This document shows, piece after piece, positions 30,347-37,912 of a DNA stretch of 64,000 nt. The stretch is taken from positions 61,615-125,614 of the IMG/VR virus record IMGVR_UViG_3300009514_000006; one strand, given 5' to 3'. The notes beneath the pieces were generated by a model, which was not told where the DNA came from, made no database searches, and worked only from the letters and a program-made list of their open reading frames with translations. The translations under genes were made by a program, and so were the position numbers. How positions within the stretch are numbered: position 1 is the stretch's first letter; every line of letters begins with the position of its first letter. This DNA is from a virus.

Positions 30347-31051
30347 TTAATCCGTTTCTGCCAAAGCAGCAGCACCCATCGGCATAGGATTAACACCTAC
30401 CGACGATGAACTGTTCGCGTTCGGCTGAGCATTGCCACCTTTGCGGGGCCGCCCACGTTTTCGTTCTTCTCTGCTTTTAGCAGCTTGATCTTGTGCCCTT
30501 GAGGAGTCTCGTTCCCGTCGGGGGACAGTGGAGTTGGACGAGACCAGCAATACGTTGTCACCCTTAGCTACAATGGATTTCTCTACAGACACAAAATCCT
30601 TAGAATAATCAGTAGCCTCAGTAACCAACAACTCAACATGAGAAGTGCCAGAGGTGGCCAAGCTATATCCAGTTCCTTTAGGGAGAAGGATATAACCACC
30701 CTCATTGATGAGGGACGTGTTTGTATTCTCAATACTGTTGTCTTCTTTAATCGTACCAAGAATCAAATAGACACTACCCCTCATTACACGAGCAGTTTTA
30801 TCTCTCTTTTTATTGATTCCGAACCCTGTAGAGTTACCGGCATACATACACTCAAAATATTGGGAGAATTCGCTATTGCTAAATATTTCGTTACGATACC
30901 CATGAAGGGTATCCACCTTAGCAACATTCGCAGGGGCCGAGCTACCGATCCCTCTGCGGTTCATAATATCAGAGTGCTTGGTGCCAGCGTGTGGGTCAAG
31001 GCGGCGTGTCTTGCGGCCTTTGTTGTCATTTCTATTCGGGTTATAGCTCAT
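30347..31051 (-). CDS. Cupin-fold protein
   Basis: RVMRGSVYL...LINEGGYILLPKGTGYSL...G...VELLV cupin-like motifs; usual metal-binding His not evident. Confidence 0.5.
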   Translation of the reverse strand: MSYNPNRNDNKGRKTRRLDPHAGTKHSDIMNRRGIGSSAPANVAKVDTLHGYRNEIFSNSEFSQYFECMYAGNSTGFGINKKRDKTARVMRGSVYLILGTIKEDNSIENTNTSLINEGGYILLPKGTGYSLATSGTSHVELLVTEATDYSKDFVSVEKSIVAKGDNVLLVSSNSTVPRRERDSSRAQDQAAKSREERKRGRPRKGGNAQPNANSSSSVGVNPMPMGAAALAETD

Positions 31052-31211
31052 TTATTCACTGCCTTCCTAAACTGTTTCAATTAGCTATGCTACTTAATTT
31101 GAGTACAACATTTAGACTCTCAAAGTGCTTTGCAGTGAACACACAGAGCGCACGGGGGACCGTACGCCGCTATATGATACACATATAAGACATTAAAAGT
31201 CAAATATATTA

Positions 31212-31475
31212 CTAGATTACAATTCGGCTATTATTACTATCGCTCTCACTGAGGAGTGTGCGTATCTCAGGGTGCGGAGTAAAATGAGAATAATGGTTGC
31301 CCAAAGCTTGGCGCCATTGTTGGACCCGTTGTCGGGTTACCTGAAACTCCTGTGCAATCTGGGGCATTGCTACGCCCTTCTGAAAGGAGTCTATTAGGTA
31401 ATTGAATTTCTCAAGACCGTGCTTTTTAATCAAATTACGAGCCAATTTACTTGGCTTAGTTCCCTTTTGCATCAT
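31212..31475 (-). CDS. HTH DNA-binding protein
   Basis: MPQIAQEFQVTRQRVQQW. Confidence 0.75.
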   Translation of the reverse strand: MMQKGTKPSKLARNLIKKHGLEKFNYLIDSFQKGVAMPQIAQEFQVTRQRVQQWRQALGNHYSHFTPHPEIRTLLSESDSNNSRIVI

Positions 31476-31481
31476 GAAAGC

Positions 31482-31510
31482 ACCATATCAAAAGCAAATT
31501 GCCATGTCAA
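31482..31510 (-). promoter_or_regulatory. Sigma70-type promoter TTGACA-N17-TATGGT with extended TG
   Basis: Counted spacing of 17, just upstream of the HTH gene. Confidence 0.75.
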
Positions 31511-31596
31511 CGTAAATATGTAGGACAGTGTCAGATAAGTCCTACACCAATTTGCCCTAATGACTAATCTTGGTCGCACACTTATTTACGAAATTA

Positions 31597-31810
31597 CTTG
31601 ACAACGAAGAATCACCCGAAAACCTCAACAATATCAACTAATAGTAAAATACTTAAAATAGTTCTTGACAACGACTTTTCCAAAAAACCCAATGATATTC
31701 GCAAATAACAACGATTTGACACAGCAAGAGCAAAAGGGTGCCGAATTTCTCCATGATAACATTGGGTTGCATTTTTCACTTGACAACCAAAAAAACGTGT
31801 GTTTTATCAT
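31597..31810 (+). promoter_or_regulatory. Four TTGACA boxes; the last precedes a TATCAT
   Basis: CTTGACAACGA at 31597 and 31664, TTGACA at 31716, CTTGACAACCA at 31779; TATCAT at 31805 (spacer 19). Confidence 0.55.
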
Positions 31811-31811
31811 T

Positions 31812-32150
31812 AGGGGGTGAAAGGGGTGTGAGTGATGGGCTGTGGTGAAACAAGTGGTAAAGAAGTTTCTATATAGCACACATTCACTACTTTACTAAAA
31901 AACTCACCCTATGAAGCGAAGCTTCTGGACTGGCTGATAAGCCAGTCAATGTGAATAAGTGAAACTGTGGTTCACTTATGTGTTTTTAAGCAGAGATCTG
32001 TCTTGAGATCAAGACAAGAGATCTGAGCCACTAAAAACCCCTCAGCCCCTTTGATTACCCTCAGCCCATATGAGGACTAGGCGCCTTCGGCGCCCAGATG
32101 TGCTTCGCACATCAGGGAATTAGTTATTCTGTTTTCTGAGGGGGAGTGGG
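31812..32150 (+). ncRNA. Candidate structured ncRNA or structured origin
   Basis: At least 7 adjacent hairpins, a long-range cccctcag/ctgagggg pair, G-U wobbles favouring the plus strand. Confidence 0.5.
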
Positions 32151-32160
32151 TGCCTAGGAG

Positions 32161-32421
32161 CTAGACAACTTCAACTGTGGCCCACACACCCGTTGGGGTG
32201 AAGATCAGGGCGCAGTCGTCTTCATCAATGACTAAGTCTCCTACTGAGACTCTTTTAGGTCTAAGTAGAACAGCTTCGCTGTGGTCATCCGGTTTAGCTA
32301 TTTTAGTGGTAATTTGAGACTTATAAGACGCCTCAATAGTTCCAACTTCTGTGTAGTCGTCTAAGGAGACTTTACTGGGAGCACGGGGCTCACCTTTTCT
32401 GTAGAATACTGTGTAGATCAT
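32161..32421 (-). CDS. Hypothetical protein
   Basis: 86 aa, overlaps the primase stop. Confidence 0.55.
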   Translation of the reverse strand: MIYTVFYRKGEPRAPSKVSLDDYTEVGTIEASYKSQITTKIAKPDDHSEAVLLRPKRVSVGDLVIDEDDCALIFTPTGVWATVEVV

Positions 32422-33443
32422 TTGATTTTCCTTTGTAGCTTCCAGAGCCAGTAGTCTCCAGAGTCTGTGTAGATTGCTGTGTCAAGAGTTTCCTTGAGCC
32501 AAGGTTTAAGCTCTGGATATTGTAGCACAAGTCCGGGGTCTAGCTTCAGCTTACTTTCCTCTGGGAAGGGAATTATGTATACTGAAAATAGGTGGGCTAA
32601 CTTGTCTGCTGCGTCTTGAATGTCCTGATGGGCGTCAGGGTCCCAAGCAAAGTATACATTCTTGATTTTGTGCTTCTGAAGTAGTTCGATTTGGCTTGTA
32701 GATATTTTCTTACCAAAAGTGCACACAGCCGGGACCCCTACACTCAGGTACCCTAGTGCGTCGAAGACTCCCTCTACGATTACTATTGTGTCTTGTTCTT
32801 TGAGTTGGTCTAGGGGCCACAGCCACTGTTTGATATTCTCTGAGGATACGTACTTTGGGTCCTTATCAACTATACAGCGCCCCTGATAGGCCACTGTCAG
32901 CCCGAAATAATTGACGGGGAAAAGAACGTAGGGACCAGAGTGTCCTCTTAGGGAGCCAACCATAGCTAACTGGCGCTCCTTTATAATCTCTTCGCTGAGA
33001 CCTCTTTTTAGGAGGTAGTTGTACGCGCGGGTGCCGGTAACACCCTCGAAAGGTTCCGTCTGGGGCAGAGAGACTGTATCTATAGGTTCGGGTGCATCTA
33101 ATGTTTTATCTGGCTTAATTTTGTCTTGAACAGCACTTTCAAACTCGTTCTCCTTTTTCGCTGGAGACACAGTCTGGGCTAGTTCTATTTTAATGTCATT
33201 AAGGTGGCGACCACTAACTTCGGCCATCAGCCTACAGATGTCTCTGATGCCCTTCCCGAACCCACACCTCTGGCAATAGAACAATTTTTTCTCTACGCTA
33301 ACATAGAGTTTGCTCTTATCATTCAGGCATACGGGGCACACCCTTATTCGTATTTCTCCATCATTACGAAAGGTTATCTCCGTGTAGTCATTTAACCAGG
33401 ACTCTAAATCTAGGTCTTCTAATGCTTCTTCTAACTTAGCCAT
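32418..33443 (-). CDS. DnaG-type DNA primase
   Basis: CPVC...CQRC Zn finger, YLLKRG, TOPRIM IVEGVFDA...TFGK...AWDPDA. Confidence 0.9.
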   Translation of the reverse strand: MAKLEEALEDLDLESWLNDYTEITFRNDGEIRIRVCPVCLNDKSKLYVSVEKKLFYCQRCGFGKGIRDICRLMAEVSGRHLNDIKIELAQTVSPAKKENEFESAVQDKIKPDKTLDAPEPIDTVSLPQTEPFEGVTGTRAYNYLLKRGLSEEIIKERQLAMVGSLRGHSGPYVLFPVNYFGLTVAYQGRCIVDKDPKYVSSENIKQWLWPLDQLKEQDTIVIVEGVFDALGYLSVGVPAVCTFGKKISTSQIELLQKHKIKNVYFAWDPDAHQDIQDAADKLAHLFSVYIIPFPEESKLKLDPGLVLQYPELKPWLKETLDTAIYTDSGDYWLWKLQRKIK

Positions 33444-33496
33444 AATGTTATCTGTTGAATTTTACTTGTTAACGTGTTACTGCTAGAGGGTACCAC

Positions 33497-33766
33497 ATGT
33501 TGTTAGCCCTGACAGTCCTAAAAGTCTTTGCATTCGGCGTCATGATTGACGTTGCTTTTGTTTTGTGGACTTTAGGGGCTACCAGAGGGAGCTATATCCG
33601 TGCCGGTACCTTTTCCGTGCTCACGTCGATACCGTCTGTGTTTGGGTACATTGAGATCTTCGATAATAGGTGGATGGCTATACCTTGGTTTTTCGGCTTG
33701 TTCATTGGGACAATAGTGGGGATAAAAATAGATGAACTCATTAGTAAGCGTAGTAGCCAAGAGTAG
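33497..33766 (+). CDS. Small multi-TM membrane protein
   Basis: 89 aa, three hydrophobic segments. Confidence 0.6.
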   Translation: MLLALTVLKVFAFGVMIDVAFVLWTLGATRGSYIRAGTFSVLTSIPSVFGYIEIFDNRWMAIPWFFGLFIGTIVGIKIDELISKRSSQE

Positions 33767-34253
33767 CTTAGTCCTATTATTTTCGTGTTCTTTCGACACC
33801 AGCGGTTATCCTAGCGACGGAAGACCCAGCACTGTTACTGATTCTTCTATGATGGACGCTCGTGAGATGACGAGTATCCACCTAGCTGGTAGACTCTACT
33901 ACCACAACAACACAACCACCAGCTGTATCAATGCAGAAGAAGTAGATCTTACCCTAATTGCAAACTCTACTCCTCCTAGAATGATCGAGTATCCTTGGGA
34001 TCATTACACATGTGGAGATATAAGCGTAGTGGGGGACACCTTCCACCTTCAGTGCCTCTACTATGACTGTATATACATATATGATAGTTGTTTGTTTCCT
34101 TTTGTGCGTAAGCTAACATTCCAATTAAGCAAAGAAAACAACTATTCGGGGATAATTTGGATTAGGCTAGAAGATACTAGCGAGCAATATGACGGACCAT
34201 ACTGGTTCTGTGACAGCTTCTTTAAAGTAAAAGGTGTTCCATTTTTTGATTAG
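33732..34253 (+). CDS. Putative lipoprotein
   Basis: Hydrophobic N-terminus ending LLFSC. Confidence 0.45.
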   Translation: MNSLVSVVAKSSLVLLFSCSFDTSGYPSDGRPSTVTDSSMMDAREMTSIHLAGRLYYHNNTTTSCINAEEVDLTLIANSTPPRMIEYPWDHYTCGDISVVGDTFHLQCLYYDCIYIYDSCLFPFVRKLTFQLSKENNYSGIIWIRLEDTSEQYDGPYWFCDSFFKVKGVPFFD

Positions 34254-34267
34254 AAAGTAGGTTACTA

Positions 34268-34699
34268 ATGCACATTAATGTTGAAAAGATTAATAAAGTG
34301 TTACTGTTTGTCGCAGCCGCGCTATTTTTGTTCTTGGTAGTGTTTATCAGTACTGGGTGCTCGGATGATAAAGGAGAACCAGCAGACCCTATCGAAAACG
34401 GAGAAGCATGCGACTCTGACTCAGAGTGCCTTGGTGGGTGGTGTGTGACCGAGCTTACTGATCCTCAAGGAACACGGTCTATCGCCTTCCCTGGTGGTAT
34501 GTGTAGCTCTGGTTGTGACTTTGAGGACGAAACTAGCTGTGCCGAGGACGAGATCTGTGTAAGGTATAACCCCACAGGAGAGATGCTCTGCCTTGTTCTC
34601 TGTGAACGACCTTCTCAATGTCGCACAGACGAGGGCTACGCCTGTACTTCCTTGTCCTTCTTTGGTCCAAACGCTTGCTTTCCTCCCATTGGAGGCTAA
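34268..34699 (+). CDS. Cys-rich lipoprotein
   Basis: Signal ending ISTGC; 12 further Cys in C..D.EC, PGGMCS, C...C patterns. Confidence 0.75.
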   Translation: MHINVEKINKVLLFVAAALFLFLVVFISTGCSDDKGEPADPIENGEACDSDSECLGGWCVTELTDPQGTRSIAFPGGMCSSGCDFEDETSCAEDEICVRYNPTGEMLCLVLCERPSQCRTDEGYACTSLSFFGPNACFPPIGG

Positions 34700-34775
34700 G
34701 TACTTAATTTCTTTGAGAATTACCTAAGGTAGGGTACACTTGTAGGGTTATTTAACTTTCTACAAGGAGCCTATC

Positions 34776-35429
34776 TTGCGTAAGTCACTAATTTTATTAG
34801 CTTATATTGTATCCTTGTTCAGTTTCTCTTGTATCAGACCCTCGGCCGAGGTTCCTCGGCCTATCACTGAAATTTCTTTTATGAAGGTCTGTTGGGACGG
34901 GGATCGGGTGGTTTATCCTGTTGACAATTTTAATCAGGTAGCCCCCACTTGTCCAAATCCTGTGGAAATTGACTGGGGTGAGGGAAGTCTTCCAATTCGC
35001 ATTAACTCAGAGATCCCAGATCCAGCCATCGAATTGGCCATGATGGTGTGGAATGAAACAGTTGGTTTTGAGCTGTTTGTCCCCGGTAAAATTGGGTGGG
35101 ATATGATAATCACGCTGGCACCCAGTCCGGGAGAGAAAGAAAGCGGGGCCGTAGCCCTGGCCGGTACTGTCCATTTTAAGGACCATGGTCATTTGGGGGC
35201 CATCATATTTGCCTACGAGACTATGGGTGAGCTAGATGGGTACCAAAGGATACAAGTCTATGTACACGAACTTGGTCATGTGCTAGGTTTAGGGCATGAT
35301 GTAAACGATGTGCATTCTCTTATGTATCCGGCGCCTCCTTTAGGTGACATTGGTAGCTTAACCCAACTAGACATAGAGGCAGTTAAGAAGAAATATGGAA
35401 GAACCAGCAAAAAGGTGTCAAAAAATTAG
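34776..35429 (+). CDS. Metzincin (matrixin/M10-like) lipoprotein peptidase
   Basis: Signal ending FSFSC; HELGHVLGLGH plus Met-turn SLMYP. Confidence 0.85.
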   Translation: MRKSLILLAYIVSLFSFSCIRPSAEVPRPITEISFMKVCWDGDRVVYPVDNFNQVAPTCPNPVEIDWGEGSLPIRINSEIPDPAIELAMMVWNETVGFELFVPGKIGWDMIITLAPSPGEKESGAVALAGTVHFKDHGHLGAIIFAYETMGELDGYQRIQVYVHELGHVLGLGHDVNDVHSLMYPAPPLGDIGSLTQLDIEAVKKKYGRTSKKVSKN

Positions 35430-35571
35430 CCATGACAATCTCGCTCCTGGATTCGGATGTTGCCAGTGCGCTACGTATAATGTTATCAATCGGCATAAGT
35501 GCCGGTATTGTGGGCATATTCCTTGTTATACAGAGATAGAGATTATTGACAGATCTTAAAGGTGTCTCACA

Positions 35572-35772
35572 ATGTCTGCTGCGTACAAGGGATGTTGGCG
35601 TTGCTGGACTAATTGTCTGTTTTATAGGTGGTTTGATGACTCCCCGTGTTGGGGAGAGGTTCCTCACATGAGGGATTCTTCATGTGAGGTCCACCTGTGC
35701 GAAGGACATGCAAAGGCGTATTCTACTGGAGAGTTCTACGTAGAGCGTAAAAAAGAGGTGAACAATGACTAA
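35572..35772 (+). CDS. Small Cys-rich hypothetical protein
   Basis: 66 aa, overlaps amidase start and contains its SD. Confidence 0.4.
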   Translation: MSAAYKGCWRCWTNCLFYRWFDDSPCWGEVPHMRDSSCEVHLCEGHAKAYSTGEFYVERKKEVNND

Positions 35773-36625
35773 AGGTATTTCAGATCTAGCGAATCAAACA
35801 AAGAAGAAGTGGAAGGGAAAGCAACGACCTAAAGGTTGGGTTGGTAATGTATTTGGGCTTGTTGTCCACACAACTGGCGGAGGTCTCCCTGCCAAGGCTC
35901 TTAAGCGTAACGAGAACCCAGTAGATACCGCTGTAAACTTCTACAACACAAATCATGGAACTCATTATGTTATTGGTTGGGATGGTGACCTAGTTCAAAT
36001 AGCTACTGAAGATATGGTGGCTAACGGAGTAGGGGTCACCAATAAAGACCCAAAGATTAACCAAATATTGTCCGTAGCGCGAGGTTGGGAAAACGACCTT
36101 CCAAAAGCCATGGTTGACCGATGGAAGAAAAGGTGGCCCAAGTATAAGACACCTCTACAACTGTTCCCTACTAAGTATGCAAATAGCTGTTATGTTCATG
36201 TTGAATGTATTCCCTGTATTTTTTACGAAGCAAATAAGCTGATAACATCTGCGACTCCTATGGGAGGAAGCCTTCGCTTCACTGAAGCCCAGCACAAAAA
36301 AGTAGCCGAGCTAGCTTGTGATATAGCAAAGAGAAACGGATGGGAAGGGGAGTGGTGGAAAACTCCTCGATTGGTTGGGCACGAGGATATTACTCCAGTG
36401 TCCAGGAGCACCTCTACAGGTGGTTGGGATCCCGGTTGGCTCCGGGCCACGCCTTACTTTGACTGGGATTTTGTCTATTCCGAAATCGACAAGATCGTGA
36501 ATCCGGTCACAGTGGTAATTGACCAAACACCGGAGTCTGTTTCAGAACCCACTCAAGAGACGGATTCAGTGAATCCATTACTTGCTTTTTTGGCGGCTAT
36601 ATGGGCGAAATTAAAAGCAAAATAA
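35765..36625 (+). CDS. N-acetylmuramoyl-L-alanine amidase (Amidase_2) endolysin
   Basis: VVHTT, HYVIGWDG, HVEC, FTEAQ, VGHEDI, DPG; C-terminal amphipathic LLAFLAAIWAKLKAK. Confidence 0.85.
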   Translation: MTKGISDLANQTKKKWKGKQRPKGWVGNVFGLVVHTTGGGLPAKALKRNENPVDTAVNFYNTNHGTHYVIGWDGDLVQIATEDMVANGVGVTNKDPKINQILSVARGWENDLPKAMVDRWKKRWPKYKTPLQLFPTKYANSCYVHVECIPCIFYEANKLITSATPMGGSLRFTEAQHKKVAELACDIAKRNGWEGEWWKTPRLVGHEDITPVSRSTSTGGWDPGWLRATPYFDWDFVYSEIDKIVNPVTVVIDQTPESVSEPTQETDSVNPLLAFLAAIWAKLKAK

Positions 36626-36644
36626 ATATAATTTAATTTTTTAC

Positions 36645-36673
36645 TTGCAAACAGTTTTCTTTCGGCATAGACT
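36645..36673 (+). promoter_or_regulatory. Sigma70-type promoter TTGCAA-N17-TAGACT
   Basis: Counted spacing of 17, AT-rich UP region, heads the plus-strand fibre cassette. Confidence 0.65.
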
Positions 36674-36707
36674 CTTAAGTGGTTGGTGATGGTTGGGGTG
36701 ATAAGAG

Positions 36708-37310
36708 TTGCCGAAATATACGAAGATCTTAGATAGAAATGGCGAAAATGAAGCCGTAGTAACGCCAATAGGGGAAGTCCTTGTCACAGGTAATTTTTCT
36801 ACCTCTGATCAGGCTAACCCTACCAGCGCAGGAGATATACTTCACGGGTCCGTTGAGCTTGCAGGCAGTGACGACCTCCGTGTGGATGGCACCTCTCCAA
36901 AAGTTTTCTCGTTTCTTAGTGATCCTAGCTCTAGTATAGACCTATATATTCGTGATATAAGGTTTATATTAGTTAGCAAACATATAGATCCTTCGGGTGC
37001 CAGTTTCGGTCCTATTCCTTCCTTAACAAATGGTTTGCTCTTTGAACTCCAGACCGATGGGGTTTCTAAAACCATTGCAAACTTCAAAATAACTGAAGAC
37101 TTTCTACGGACTGTGTCTAATCCAGAGTCCGATCCAATTAACAGATCCGGAGCATATGATACCCTCACGGCTATATATGATTATGGGGGAGGCTTAAGTT
37201 TAAAAGGGGGTACAAGTGATTTCGTCAAGGTCACTGTGCGGGACGACTTAAGCCTCCCCCAACTCCTATATTTTACCTGCTCCGTGACAGCTACAAAGGT
37301 GGCAGTCTAA
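36708..37310 (+). CDS. Virion accessory protein, shared N-terminal peptide family
   Basis: N-terminus nearly identical to 41432; body paralogous to 1296..1892. Confidence 0.7.
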   Translation: MPKYTKILDRNGENEAVVTPIGEVLVTGNFSTSDQANPTSAGDILHGSVELAGSDDLRVDGTSPKVFSFLSDPSSSIDLYIRDIRFILVSKHIDPSGASFGPIPSLTNGLLFELQTDGVSKTIANFKITEDFLRTVSNPESDPINRSGAYDTLTAIYDYGGGLSLKGGTSDFVKVTVRDDLSLPQLLYFTCSVTATKVAV

Positions 37311-37909
37311 TGCCCACTCATATCGAATTTCCAGCTGGTCACGAACCGTCCACATTAAGGGCTCACTTTCAAGAGGGGTTAGTTACCCGTGCCGATGATC
37401 TTAGCATAAATATTCGATTAGGTCACTTCATTATTGGGTCTAATCACATAAAATATTTGGGAGCGGTTGACCAACCTGTAGTAGACGATACCCTTAATTA
37501 CGTCTATCTAAACTCTGCCGGTGTTCTTCAGATCAACCAAACTGGATTTCCTTTAGCTAATCCGCACATACGACTAGCCCGGGTAAGTGCTAGTAACGGT
37601 ATTATCTGTGCTGTGATAGACGAGCGGGAGCTAATGACCTCAGGTCTGGGGTTTCTTGGATCTATTAAAGCCGGAAAATTAATACCAGGTAATTTTAGCG
37701 GGAATCCTAAAACAGCATCGGTAACATTTGGTACTTCCCTTATAGATACAGAATATACCATTACTTGGGGCGTAGAAGCGATCAATAACCAATCATTTTT
37801 AGTTAGTTTTGAGAACAAGACCATAAATGGTTTCACGGTAAACTTAAATACAAATAATTTAGCAGACTTTGCCCTGCTCACATGGCAAGTGATCCCCATA
37901 GGAGAATAA
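37310..37909 (+). CDS. Fibre-associated protein with C-terminal H-lectin/gp53-like domain
   Basis: SVTFGTSLIDTEY.I...NKTINGFTV...LTWQVI. Confidence 0.55.
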   Translation: MPTHIEFPAGHEPSTLRAHFQEGLVTRADDLSINIRLGHFIIGSNHIKYLGAVDQPVVDDTLNYVYLNSAGVLQINQTGFPLANPHIRLARVSASNGIICAVIDERELMTSGLGFLGSIKAGKLIPGNFSGNPKTASVTFGTSLIDTEYTITWGVEAINNQSFLVSFENKTINGFTVNLNTNNLADFALLTWQVIPIGE

Positions 37910-37912
37910 TCA

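Noticed and set aside
31634-31879. 81-aa minus-strand ORF in the intergenic region
   Set aside because: Overlaps the TTGACA array and first hairpin, no SD, atypical composition
31812-32150. tmRNA (starts GGGGGTGAAA)
   Set aside because: Lacks the following TCGAC, the T-arm GTTCGA and the 3' CCA acceptor end
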